The notes beneath the pieces are model-generated. The model saw nothing but the letters and a program-made list of their open reading frames with translations, made no database searches and was not told where the DNA came from. A DNA stretch of 46,057 bases from contig JBBSYQ010000006.1 in the NCBI GenBank assembly GCA_038045145.1, positions 1 through 46,057 on the forward strand. Direction: 5' to 3'. Every line of letters starts with the position of its first letter. The first letter of the stretch is position 1. The stretch is from Nanobdellota archaeon (GTDB taxonomy: Archaea > Nanobdellota > Nanobdellia > Pacearchaeales > GW2011-AR1). The position numbers and the translations under genes are program-made. Shown here piece after piece: positions 33,231-42,827 of this stretch.

Positions 33231-33925
33231 ACTTCTTTGATTTTTGCAAAACTTTCTGTCATAAATTTCTCGGTAACTTTTAGAACTTCACAATTATTAA
33301 CATTGAGATTGTAGCATGAGACTCCTGTTTGCTCGATTGAACTTTCATTTGATTCCCGTATCTGCAGAAACATATATCTTCCGCTCTCGTCGCATGTTGC
33401 GTTTGAATCTTTAATTACATTAACCCCGAATATTCCGATTTTTGCAAGATTTGCAATTGCAATCACCCCGTAACCTTGGCAGTTTAAATCTCCGGTTGCA
33501 TTTATTACCATGTCTTTTTTAAGATTAATTTCGCCGTTAAATGATACATCTTCCAATTTTCTTGGGTCATTTCTAAGATAAATATTGTATGGTATCTTTC
33601 GTCCGTCATACATCACAGGGAAGGAAGTTTGATAGAGAATTAAATCTCCTTCTTTGACAATTTTATATTCAACGCCTTTGTATTCAAAATTAGTTGCGCT
33701 TTTAACAAATAAATAACCGACAAAAATCAAAATAATCAAAACCCCAATTATTATAAAAATATTCCGCAGAATTTTATTCTCTTCTTTTCCCTGATTTTTC
33801 GTTTCTGTTTTTTCTTCTTCCTCGCCAACGGCTTTTACTATTTTTTCTCCGCCGTCTTTCTCAACTTCAAAAAATTCCGTAACTTCTTCTTTTGTTTCCT
33901 TTTTTGATTTTCTCTTTATTGCCAT
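33221..33925 (-). CDS. single-pass membrane protein with extracellular domain
   Basis: Charged K/E N-terminus, one TM (IFIIIGVLIILIFVGYLFV) and a ~150-aa Cys-containing ectodomain. Confidence 0.55.
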   Translation of the reverse strand: MAIKRKSKKETKEEVTEFFEVEKDGGEKIVKAVGEEEEKTETKNQGKEENKILRNIFIIIGVLIILIFVGYLFVKSATNFEYKGVEYKIVKEGDLILYQTSFPVMYDGRKIPYNIYLRNDPRKLEDVSFNGEINLKKDMVINATGDLNCQGYGVIAIANLAKIGIFGVNVIKDSNATCDESGRYMFLQIRESNESSIEQTGVSCYNLNVNNCEVLKVTEKFMTESFAKIKEVYP

Positions 33926-33956
33926 CTTAGAAATTAATTTTCTTCCTTTTTAACTT

Positions 33957-34532
33957 TTATTGTCTTACATCAAGGATATTAAATAAAAATTCATCGGCTA
34001 CCTTAATCAGTTCTTCTCCACTGCCTTCTAAAAAAATGCAGTTCATATCGCGTGTTATTCTTTCTTCCTCACTTTCTTTTATTATAATAAAATTCTCATC
34101 GCATTTTTTTACAGGCAAATTGCCGCTGCAGTTAGAATTTTCAGGACATGCATTTTCAATGCCGGCAACAAACTGGAACATGTTCGCTCTTATTTCAGAT
34201 TCAGCTTCGGCACTCTCGGAATAAACATATAGCATTTTATTTTCGTAATCAATTAATTTTCCTGAAAAATAAATTGCACTAACTTCTTTGGGGTTGTTTT
34301 TAAAAATGAAATTAATTTCATTTTTGTTCAAAAGCCAGAAATCTCCCTGCTTTGTAAATTCAAATCCATTATAATTTATTTTGTCTGTGCTTTCCGCGTT
34401 TTCCCCCACATTTCCCTGAAAAGAATATCCGAGAACGCTAAATAACATTATAAAAACCAGAATCATCCCGAGGAATATTTGATTCCTCCTGTTTTTTCTT
34501 GCATCTTCAGCTTTTGATGTTAGTTTTCGCAT
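33957..34532 (-). CDS. single-pass membrane protein with extracellular domain
   Basis: Basic N-terminus, one TM (IFLGMILVFIMLFSVLGY) and a Cys-containing ectodomain. Same architecture as the neighbouring gene. Confidence 0.55.
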   Translation of the reverse strand: MRKLTSKAEDARKNRRNQIFLGMILVFIMLFSVLGYSFQGNVGENAESTDKINYNGFEFTKQGDFWLLNKNEINFIFKNNPKEVSAIYFSGKLIDYENKMLYVYSESAEAESEIRANMFQFVAGIENACPENSNCSGNLPVKKCDENFIIIKESEEERITRDMNCIFLEGSGEELIKVADEFLFNILDVRQ

Positions 34533-34692
34533 GATAATTATAAACTACCTTAATTTAAAAAATTAATCCTCTTCCTATGCTCTAATTAAATATTTTCTCT
34601 TAATAATATACTACTAAATTCCCTATCTCTAAAAAGCTCCCGCTAAAAGATAAAAAAAGAAAAGAAAAAGAAAATTTATTTTTGTTTTGAAC

Positions 34693-37470
34693 TTAAGCTG
34701 ATGAATTTGTTGTTTCTGTTACAAGCGTAGCGCTTGTCGCAGAAGTTCCTTTATACTTTGTTCCACCGTCTGTTGTTACAGCCTGTGTTCTTAAGTATTT
34801 TGCAGCATTTACAGTGTCATCTCTTTCGTAACCCGCAACAAGCAATGCAATCTTGCCTGTAGTGTACTTGTCAGCAAAGCTTTGTATCAGGAATTGTCCT
34901 GAACCAACGCCTGTCTGCTCTGTAAAGTCAGCACTACAATAAGCTCCTCCTAAAAGTGTAGCAGCAGCGCTGTTAATACAGCTTCCGCCAATAACAATTA
35001 AGTTCTTTGTGCTTACTGATGCAACTTCAGAGTCTGTTACAAGAACATCTCCAAGTGCAGTTACGCCTGCTGAACCAGTTGTTCCTGCAGTTACAGTCGC
35101 ATCGTTTTTAGCAACATACAATTGCGCATACACTTGTTCATCAGGATAACTTAATGTAGCAAGTGGTTGGTCTGAATCTCCAGAGTCAAGTGTCAATATG
35201 CTTCCCCACAAATCAGCAGCTTCTGTTACTTTGCTGTTACTTGATAGAGAAGTTCTCCATAGTGATGAAACATTGCTCCATGTATCTCCAGAACCTGTAG
35301 TATCTACTCCTAGTCCATCATCTCCAGTTCTACCTGTTTCAAGCAAAATGATGTTTGCATGGTATACGCTGTTATCGTCTTTTTCTTCCCATACAATCAA
35401 TGCTGATTGGTTAATCAAACCTCCTGTAACTGGGTCTGCAAGATAAATCATTGCTGGTTGACCTGCTGGCTCGCTTGTTGATGTTCCACCATTAGTCAAA
35501 TTATGGTTCGTAAATACAAATTTAAGTCCGCCTACGCTCCAGTTAAGCGTGTTGTTTTCCATAGTAGTGGCGTGATAACCGCTCGTATTAAGGTATCCAG
35601 TAGCTCCATCACGAGTTATGTTCCACATAGAGTTGTACTCTGCTATACTTCCAGGTGAAGTTTGAACTACTGTAGCACTTTCATATCCATCTCCGTCTGG
35701 AATTTTGATTTCTGTGATGTTGTATTGAATTACATTTCCAGCCCTTATTCCAGTGCTATTGAATAGCAATTCTGTTGGTTGATAAAATGCAACCTTTGCT
35801 CCTTTTGATGTTTGTATCGTTGGGAACAAAACTACAACTCCGTTTCCACTGCTATCTGGATAATCCAAATGAACTTGGTAGCTTTCTGAGGAAATGCCCG
35901 CAGCGCCATCTAAATAAACGCCGTAAGTTTTTCCACCTATTATAACGCTTCCAACTCCATCAGATGTCCAAATAGTTTTTGGAAGAGTTTCTCCTGACAT
36001 CACATCTGTGAATTCAACTTCATCGCCCGCAGTGTTACTTGAAATGTCTGATGAATCGTTCTTGGCATTTGCTAGTTTTAACAAATAACCTTCGTCTTCA
36101 TTTCCTACAACAACATAACTTTGACGAGTGATATTGCCCATTTCAGCTACTGTAAGATTTCTGTTGTCATCATCAATCATTAATTGAGGACCGCCTGTTA
36201 CACCCGGTCTAACATTCCCTACAATATCTTTAGTCCATTGGAATTCTTTTTCATTGCCTCTATATTCTTTGAATTTTACATTCATCTTATCATCACTGTT
36301 TGCAGTTATGGTAATGGCTTCTCTTGCTGTTGAATCTCTTGCGATATTCAATCCAGCAAAATTTACCTTGAATGTTCCGTAGAGAGGGTCAACAAAAGAT
36401 TCCCCTGCTTTGATAGCATCCATATCTGATTCTGGCGCATACACGCTTATAGTCAATGAACTCAAATTATTTGGGTTTCCAGTTTCAAAGTCAACTAATG
36501 TTCCATCAATGCTGGAATCGTCTTCTCCTGTTTTAACAGCACTGTTATCTTCCAGAGTTACTTTATCACTTCCGGCTACAATTGTTGCAGATAATTTTAA
36601 GTTTGTTTCATCTGCAGTTGTTACCGCAATTGTGATTCCGTTAATTTTCTTTGAAGCAGCTTCGTTAATTTCCTTACTATCGCTTTTTCCCGTACTATCT
36701 GTAACCCTTACACTTGCAGCACTGTCTGAAGCAGAAATTAATTCAATAGTATATGTTGCTCCTGCGACAGTTACTTCTGCTGTTGGTGCATCACTGCTTA
36801 AATCTAATTTTTTAGCACTTTTCAAGAGTACAATTGTATTAGTGTCAGTTGAAGAACTTATAGTAAAATCCATTCCAAATAACTTTATGTTTTGACCTTC
36901 TGAATCAGCATGGCTAAAGTTTACAGCTTTGCTAAATGTAGCAGTTGTGTTATATATGTAATTAGCTTGTGTCGTACTTGTTGTTAAAGCGTAGTTTGGG
37001 TCATCAGAAGTTGCAGGTTGCCTTTTAAAGGTAATTCTTGGATTTGAACCAATGTCAATTATTTGAGTCATTGAAGCATCTACATTTCCTGAAAAAGAAT
37101 CGTCCATTAATACAGTTGGGAGATTAGCTTTTGTTAATACGTTTGTTACTGTGTTCAAACTGTCATTAACATAAATCTTTGTTCCGCCTGTAAATAAAGC
37201 AGCAGCTTCTCCTGAAACACTTCCTCCAGTTGTTCCTGATGTTGTGCTCATATATGTCTGCAAGTTACCTTGTATGTTTCCTGCTTCAACAGCATCTAAT
37301 ATAGATACCCCTGAACCAGTTCCATATACAACAGCTACGCTTGCAACTCCTCCGGACACGAATGGTGCCGGATAGGTTGCAGCAGCAGCAACGCCTGCAG
37401 TCATACCAACCATCAATGCACTTGCTCCTATTGCTGATATTTTCTTAAAACTCTTTTTTAAATTAAACAT
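34693..37470 (-). CDS. candidate S-layer / major surface glycoprotein (925 aa)
   Basis: Signal peptide ...GVAAAATYP. Thr/Ser/Gly/Asn-rich with many N-x-S/T sequons and no TM anchor. Strong GGAGGT Shine-Dalgarno 8 nt upstream of the ATG (reverse complement of acctcc at 37485-37490). Visibly less AT-rich than its neighbours. Confidence 0.65.
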   Translation of the reverse strand: MFNLKKSFKKISAIGASALMVGMTAGVAAAATYPAPFVSGGVASVAVVYGTGSGVSILDAVEAGNIQGNLQTYMSTTSGTTGGSVSGEAAALFTGGTKIYVNDSLNTVTNVLTKANLPTVLMDDSFSGNVDASMTQIIDIGSNPRITFKRQPATSDDPNYALTTSTTQANYIYNTTATFSKAVNFSHADSEGQNIKLFGMDFTISSSTDTNTIVLLKSAKKLDLSSDAPTAEVTVAGATYTIELISASDSAASVRVTDSTGKSDSKEINEAASKKINGITIAVTTADETNLKLSATIVAGSDKVTLEDNSAVKTGEDDSSIDGTLVDFETGNPNNLSSLTISVYAPESDMDAIKAGESFVDPLYGTFKVNFAGLNIARDSTAREAITITANSDDKMNVKFKEYRGNEKEFQWTKDIVGNVRPGVTGGPQLMIDDDNRNLTVAEMGNITRQSYVVVGNEDEGYLLKLANAKNDSSDISSNTAGDEVEFTDVMSGETLPKTIWTSDGVGSVIIGGKTYGVYLDGAAGISSESYQVHLDYPDSSGNGVVVLFPTIQTSKGAKVAFYQPTELLFNSTGIRAGNVIQYNITEIKIPDGDGYESATVVQTSPGSIAEYNSMWNITRDGATGYLNTSGYHATTMENNTLNWSVGGLKFVFTNHNLTNGGTSTSEPAGQPAMIYLADPVTGGLINQSALIVWEEKDDNSVYHANIILLETGRTGDDGLGVDTTGSGDTWSNVSSLWRTSLSSNSKVTEAADLWGSILTLDSGDSDQPLATLSYPDEQVYAQLYVAKNDATVTAGTTGSAGVTALGDVLVTDSEVASVSTKNLIVIGGSCINSAAATLLGGAYCSADFTEQTGVGSGQFLIQSFADKYTTGKIALLVAGYERDDTVNAAKYLRTQAVTTDGGTKYKGTSATSATLVTETTNSSA

Positions 37471-37870
37471 CTTTCTTTTTTATACCTCCTTTCACCCCAT
37501 TAACTATATTGCCTAAGGCAACTTTTTTCTCCCCAAAAAAGACAGACATAGGGTAAGACTGCTTTTTCAGGTTGAATATGAATGCAACACCTCTGTTTTT
37601 ATCGTATTTGTCTACCACTTTATCCCCTATTAGAACACCTTATGGTGTACTAAACCAGAATTAACTTCTATTTAAAAAGCTTTTCCCGAAATCTTACCTT
37701 GGATACCCCACTAAACCTTATTTTATGAGTTTTATTTATAAAGGTTATGCTGTCACTTTATTATGATATACATTTTAGGGGTGTTCCTATTGTTATGAAA
37801 TTTGTTGAATTTTCATATAGGGTAAAAAAATATAATATATATTCTAGAAAGATATATAAATGCAAAAGAT

Positions 37871-38257
37871 ATGTTTTTAAGAATAAGTTGGGTATTTGAC
37901 ATGACAACGAGGACAAAAACAAGGGAAATTACAGTCACAGAATCTCAAGGCGCTTTTTCAATATTCAGGAAGGCGGTGTTTTCAAAAGAAGATTATGATT
38001 TCTCCGGAATACTTGCGTTAAGGCAACTTTTAAGCAATGAAAAGGCACGGATTCTCCATACAATAAAGACTCAAAAACCCGGCTCTATTTATCAACTGGC
38101 AAAGATTCTAAAACGCGGATTTAAGTCTGTGAACGATGATATAAAACTCCTTGAAAGATTTGGTTTCATTGAACTAACTGAAGAGAGGACAAAAAACAGA
38201 ATAAGGCATCGCCCAGAGGTTGTAGTGGATAACCTTACAATAAATGTAAAGTTGTAG
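37871..38257 (+). CDS. winged-helix transcriptional regulator
   Basis: LSNEKARILHTIKTQKPGSIYQLAKILKRGFKSVNDDIKLLERFGFIEL has a wHTH pattern. It lies tail-to-tail (convergent) with the pilin-like cluster, 3 nt away (38257/38261). The start could instead be ATG 37901. Confidence 0.6.
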   Translation: MFLRISWVFDMTTRTKTREITVTESQGAFSIFRKAVFSKEDYDFSGILALRQLLSNEKARILHTIKTQKPGSIYQLAKILKRGFKSVNDDIKLLERFGFIELTEERTKNRIRHRPEVVVDNLTINVKL

Positions 38258-38260
38258 TGT

Positions 38261-38749
38261 CTAATTAGATTCGTAATAAGCCGTGAAAGTTATATCAAAA
38301 GATTCTCCTCCTTTGAAGAAAGGTTGTGTTGCACCCTTTAAATTCGTTGTTCTTTCTCCTTCTATTAGATTCATTATCTCCCCTGAACTCGAGCTTATCA
38401 ATAATTCATAACCTTTTACAGGTCTATCGCTCCCTGTTTTCCAGCTTTCCCCAACAATATTTGTAAGAGTTCCTCTTAACACCTCGCACGTGTCTCTTTC
38501 ATCAACACAGATTATATTTTCATTGCATGCAAAAATAAGCTCTTGTATTTCCATATTTCCAAAATTATCAGAACAATCAGATGTATATTGCAAAAACGAT
38601 TGTATAAAACTTTCAACCTCATAACTTTCAACAGGTTCTTTCTGCCCTGTTCGCAGGGAAAAACTCAAGAACACGAGCAAAATCACAGCCACGACTATTA
38701 TAATCAGCGCAAATCCAACCATCTCCTCTTGGGCTTTTTTGTTTTTCAT
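38261..38749 (-). CDS. type IV pilin-like protein (class III signal peptide)
   Basis: The N-terminus MKNKKAQEEMVGFALIIIVVAVILLVF is a short basic leader, then A/Q, then a hydrophobic helix. Cys-containing globular domain. Confidence 0.5.
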   Translation of the reverse strand: MKNKKAQEEMVGFALIIIVVAVILLVFLSFSLRTGQKEPVESYEVESFIQSFLQYTSDCSDNFGNMEIQELIFACNENIICVDERDTCEVLRGTLTNIVGESWKTGSDRPVKGYELLISSSSGEIMNLIEGERTTNLKGATQPFFKGGESFDITFTAYYESN

Positions 38750-38774
38750 TTACTTTTTAACTTTTTTAACAATT

Positions 38775-39266
38775 TTAATCATATCCTGCTGTAAGCAATG
38801 CAATCTCGCATTTGTCATAAACTTTCCCCTCCATGTTTGCTTTTCTGCACAAAGACACGAAGTTTGAATGTCCTGCATTTATATTTGAAATTTTTATTAT
38901 GCTGCAATCAGGATAATTTTCTTGATTGCATTCTGTTCCATCTGAAATTGGATATATTTTTCTTATTTCAATTCCTGAAACTCCCCAGAAATCTGAATAA
39001 TCATTTATGTGATTTTTTAATGCCATTACTTTGTCCGCGTCAATGCAATTTATTTTGCTTCCGAAGGATTCGCCGCACGAAAATTCCGGCGAGTTCGCGA
39101 GTTTCATGACAAGCAAGAGCGCGTTTCTTTCTTCTAAAATTCCTGCAGACTCCCTTAACTGCGCCAAAAAAAATGTCAGAACAAACATTCCGACGAGAAC
39201 AAAAAAAAGCGTGATTGCCATCAGCATAAAAGCCATTTGCTGTATTTTTATTTGCCCGTTCTTCAT
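38775..39266 (-). CDS. type IV pilin-like protein (class III signal peptide)
   Basis: From ATG 39266: MKNG|QIKIQQMAFMLMAITLFFVLVGMFV. That start is 1 nt after the GNAT stop. The alternative start at 39284 would overlap the GNAT gene. Confidence 0.55.
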   Translation of the reverse strand: MKNGQIKIQQMAFMLMAITLFFVLVGMFVLTFFLAQLRESAGILEERNALLLVMKLANSPEFSCGESFGSKINCIDADKVMALKNHINDYSDFWGVSGIEIRKIYPISDGTECNQENYPDCSIIKISNINAGHSNFVSLCRKANMEGKVYDKCEIALLTAGYD

Positions 39267-39267
39267 T

Positions 39268-39708
39268 TTATTTTTGCATTTCATAGTGCGTTATTTTAAA
39301 ACCAAATTTATTGTATAATTTTATTGCTTTTTTATTCTTTACATTTACATTCAATCTAAATTTCTTAACGCCTTTGTTTTTTGCAACTTTAATAAATTTT
39401 TTTATTAATTCTTTGGCAATACCCTTTTTTCTAAATTCTTTTTTAATAAACAAATCATCGACATAGCCTGTTTTTTGAAAAGTATCTGTAAGCAATATCC
39501 AAATTAAATACCCTGTAATTATCCTGTTTTCTTCTGAAACCAACATAAATCTTCTTTGATTCTTGAAAATAAAATCAAATTCTTTTTTTATCTTTTTATT
39601 ATTTATGGGAATTTTTTGTAAAGATATTTTAGAATATTCTCTCAAACTTTTTCTGTTTAACTCCAGATACTGCTCAAAATCTTCTTTTTTTGCTATTCTT
39701 ATTTTCAT
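39268..39708 (-). CDS. GNAT-family N-acetyltransferase
   Basis: The acetyl-CoA binding region is YVDDLFIKKEFRKKGIAKELIKKFIKVAKNKG (Q/R-x-x-G-x-G/A-like). The C-terminus ends ...AIKLYNKFGF. Confidence 0.85.
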   Translation of the reverse strand: MKIRIAKKEDFEQYLELNRKSLREYSKISLQKIPINNKKIKKEFDFIFKNQRRFMLVSEENRIITGYLIWILLTDTFQKTGYVDDLFIKKEFRKKGIAKELIKKFIKVAKNKGVKKFRLNVNVKNKKAIKLYNKFGFKITHYEMQK

Positions 39709-39717
39709 TATTTCATT

Positions 39718-40635
39718 TTACCATAATTTGCATTCGGCAAATCCGTTTTTTTCCTTTAGATTTTCAAGATTATTAATCATCTGATTCAGACTTGCGGAAT
39801 TTTCAAAAGATTCTTCCGAGCTTGTCAACGAACTTAATTCTGGAATTAAATTTGAACTGCATCCTGCTTGAGATACTATTTGTGCTTTGTCTTCATAAAT
39901 AAGGGCAAGTTCCTTGCCTCTTTGCATCAGTCTCTTCAATTGACATTCATAAGTTTCCTTGTCAGAGAAAATTGTGGCATACATCAAAGAGTCTCCGTAA
40001 TATTTTGTTAAATTTTCATCTTTTTCAACGATGTAATTGTTCTCATCAACATTAACATCGCAGTTTCCTCCATTAAAACACACTTCAATTGAATCTGCGG
40101 GGCAATTTGTGAAGAAAATATTTTCAAGATTCAAGTTTGAAATTTCTTCTTTTACTCTGTCCGGCGCGTCGGCAAAACAATAATTGTCGTTTGAGGAAAT
40201 CAAATAAATGACATCCGCGACTTTGAATGGAAATTCAAACGGCTTTGAAAAAAGGAAGAATTTTTTTCCCTCGCTGTAATTCCCTGAAAAGATATTTTTG
40301 TTTTCAAGCCGGATGTTAACGTCGGTATCTGTCCATTTGTTAAAGCTTTTTTGCGAGATTCTTATTGTTTGTCCGCCAAAAACACCTTCATTATCGCATC
40401 TGTTATAAATTCTTGTTTCCGACGGCAGAATCAATGTTGTTTTTTTTCCAGTCTCAAAACCCGTTTCAAGCGGATTTAACAACACGCCTATTTCTTTGGC
40501 GGTTTGCGCATCAACCGCCGTCTGTTCTGTATTGATAATTTTTGTCGTCGCAAAAATAGCAAGAAATAAGATGAACGCGCCAACTATGATTGCAAAAAGC
40601 CATGCAAAGGAAATTTGTAACTGCCCTCTTTTCAT
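39718..40635 (-). CDS. type IV pilin-like protein (class III signal peptide), 305 aa
   Basis: MKRG|QLQISFAWLFAIIVGAFILFLAIF carries the euryarchaeal-type prepilin motif (K/R)G-Q-x-S. Multi-Cys ectodomain. 4-nt overlap with the upstream pilin-like gene. Confidence 0.65.
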   Translation of the reverse strand: MKRGQLQISFAWLFAIIVGAFILFLAIFATTKIINTEQTAVDAQTAKEIGVLLNPLETGFETGKKTTLILPSETRIYNRCDNEGVFGGQTIRISQKSFNKWTDTDVNIRLENKNIFSGNYSEGKKFFLFSKPFEFPFKVADVIYLISSNDNYCFADAPDRVKEEISNLNLENIFFTNCPADSIEVCFNGGNCDVNVDENNYIVEKDENLTKYYGDSLMYATIFSDKETYECQLKRLMQRGKELALIYEDKAQIVSQAGCSSNLIPELSSLTSSEESFENSASLNQMINNLENLKEKNGFAECKLW

Positions 40636-41138
40636 GTTCTTTCAAGTTTTACAAGTGCCTCCCCAAAATCTTTTTTAATTATCAGATTTATTCTGCCGTT
40701 TGCATTTTCAAAACAATAAGGATTTTCATTTTGCACCATTGAATCAATGTCAATATTATTTATTTTATTTGAATCATCTCCTTCGCCGGAACCGACGGGA
40801 TAAAAGAACATATTTTCTTCTCCATAATAAACAAGTTCAAGTTCATCGTAAAAATTTCTGTTGTTTCCTCTTGCTCCGTCGTTGATTTCATAATCCGCAA
40901 AACATACGTATTTTATTTTCGTCGGAAGAAAATATTCTTTTTCCTGGCTTCCTTTGGAGCTCTGCCATATTCTGTCAATGTCTGATTGCAAATCATTTTT
41001 GAATTTTCCGATTTGTGCAGAGTTTTGCCAGCTAAGAAATTTTTGTATGGCGTAAAATGCAAAGATTATAAAAATAATTATCAGGATAATGGAAAAAATC
41101 ATGCCAAAAGATAAGTTCAACTGCCCCCTTTTTGTCAT
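40632..41138 (-). CDS. type IV pilin-like protein (class III signal peptide)
   Basis: MTKRG|QLNLSFGMIFSIILIIIFIIFAF. A minus-strand TATA (reverse complement of 41161-41170) lies about 23 nt upstream of the ATG. Confidence 0.65.
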   Translation of the reverse strand: MTKRGQLNLSFGMIFSIILIIIFIIFAFYAIQKFLSWQNSAQIGKFKNDLQSDIDRIWQSSKGSQEKEYFLPTKIKYVCFADYEINDGARGNNRNFYDELELVYYGEENMFFYPVGSGEGDDSNKINNIDIDSMVQNENPYCFENANGRINLIIKKDFGEALVKLERT

Positions 41139-41189
41139 TGATTAAAAAGAAGTTTCTAACTTATAAAATTTGCTATGGAATTAAACACG

Positions 41190-41218
41190 ATGTATTGCTA
41201 ACTCTACGGGACTTTTAG
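41190..41218. repeat. left terminal inverted repeat
   Basis: ATGTATTGCTAACTCTACGGGACTTTTAG, checked base by base against the reverse complement of 44762-44790 (29/29 match). Confidence 0.9.
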
Positions 41219-41252
41219 AAAACAATAAAAGGTAAAAAATCTTTCCTTTTTC

Positions 41253-41930
41253 ATGAAGAAAGATGAATTGAAAAAAGCCATATTAAAAGAATTAAGAAAT
41301 CCTAAGCTTTACACAGAAAACATAATAAATTATCTTGAAGAAAATCTGGACGATGCTTTTAATGTTTGTTGTCGTAAAAATCTTTCCATAAATGAAAAAT
41401 ATCCAGATTCAAAATATAAAGGGCAATTAGGACAAAAAACAGTTTTTCTAACTGTAAGAATGTTTGATTTATGGGAAAATGCGATTATTGACACTATTTC
41501 AGAACATCTAAAAAAGAAATTTCCAGAAATAAAAGTTATTCCAATTAACGACCCTATTGGAGATATGGGAATAGTTTTTCCAGATGGAGAAATTATGAGG
41601 TGGGAAATTAAATCAAGTCAAGCATTAAATTCCTTTACGGGTGCTACCCATTCAGCTTCAAAATGTGATAATTACATTTTGATAAATTATGCTATTAATA
41701 GAGATTTGAAATTAAGCGAAGATAAAAATAAAGGATTTATTACAGAATTGGCGGTTTTTGTTTGGGATGATATGGAAGCAAAATGGCTCGGAGAACATAG
41801 CGAACATAGTAGTTTTACATCATTGAAAATTCCCGCTGAAATAAAATCAAGTCGTCCAGAAATCATTGTTATTGGAAAATTAGAGCCAAAAACTAAATGG
41901 TCCAATATAGTCAGAAAAAAATTATTTTGA
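41253..41930 (+). CDS. putative type II restriction endonuclease (PD-(D/E)xK)
   Basis: The candidate catalytic core PIGDMGIVFPDGEIMRWEIKSS gives D...E-x-K. It is convergent with the methyltransferase gene and overlaps it by 9 nt. Confidence 0.5.
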   Translation: MKKDELKKAILKELRNPKLYTENIINYLEENLDDAFNVCCRKNLSINEKYPDSKYKGQLGQKTVFLTVRMFDLWENAIIDTISEHLKKKFPEIKVIPINDPIGDMGIVFPDGEIMRWEIKSSQALNSFTGATHSASKCDNYILINYAINRDLKLSEDKNKGFITELAVFVWDDMEAKWLGEHSEHSSFTSLKIPAEIKSSRPEIIVIGKLEPKTKWSNIVRKKLF

Positions 41931-42827
41931 AAATTCGTTAAGGTTTTTATTTGGGAAAGATTGTTTCAATCTTTTTTCTATTAAGTCTATGTATTTCTGA
42001 TTAACATCAAAACCGATATATTTTCTTTTCATTTTTAACGAAACTTCTGCAACAGTTCCGCCCCCCATAAATGGGTCAAGAATTATATCTCCCTCATCAG
42101 TAAGCCATTTTATAAAAAATTCTGGTAATTGTGGATGAAATGGTGCTGGATGTTCCAACCCTCTTAATGCTGAACCCGTATCAAATCTAAAAACCGTTAT
42201 TGGTTTTTTTCCTAATGGATGTGGTTTACTGCTTCCTCTTTGAGAAAGTTCCGTTGTTCCATCTGCTCTTACAATATCATTACCATGAACTTTATTTTTA
42301 AATCTCTTTAATGAAACCTCTGCATAAGGTTCTCTTATTCTGTCCGTATATGTCTTGAAATTTTTGCTATCTTTTACAAAATGGAAAATATATTCCACTC
42401 TATCATTCAACCTTTTTTCTCCCGTCATAGGCAAAGCTGATTTTTTGAACCAAATATATCTATCAAACAATTTTAATCCTGTTTCTTTAACTATTCTATG
42501 AACCAACTCAAAAACATAAGTGCTTCTTTCTCCGTTTGTAGCTCTATCATTTATGTTAAGTATAAATGAACCAGTTGGTTTTAAAAATCTCTGGGCTTCC
42601 TTAAACAATTCTAAGAACCAATTAACATATTCTTCAGGATTAAAAACTTCAACAAATTTTCCATAAGAAACTGTATCTGCATAAGGCGGAGAAGTAACAA
42701 CTAAATCAATGTAATTATCTGGAAGTTTTTTAGACAATTCCATGCAATCTCCAAGATAAGTTTTATTTAATTCAATCTCATTAATTTTATCCGCCATTCT
42801 TTTATACTTTTTCTTATAATCTTTCAT
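41922..42827 (-). CDS. beta-class N4-cytosine/N6-adenine DNA methyltransferase
   Basis: Motif IV is VVTSPPYAD near the N-terminus and motif I is LDPFMGGGTVAEV near the C-terminus, which is the beta-class order. SPPY favours N4-cytosine. ATGA overlap with the transposase stop (42824-42827). Confidence 0.88.
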   Translation of the reverse strand: MKDYKKKYKRMADKINEIELNKTYLGDCMELSKKLPDNYIDLVVTSPPYADTVSYGKFVEVFNPEEYVNWFLELFKEAQRFLKPTGSFILNINDRATNGERSTYVFELVHRIVKETGLKLFDRYIWFKKSALPMTGEKRLNDRVEYIFHFVKDSKNFKTYTDRIREPYAEVSLKRFKNKVHGNDIVRADGTTELSQRGSSKPHPLGKKPITVFRFDTGSALRGLEHPAPFHPQLPEFFIKWLTDEGDIILDPFMGGGTVAEVSLKMKRKYIGFDVNQKYIDLIEKRLKQSFPNKNLNEFSK

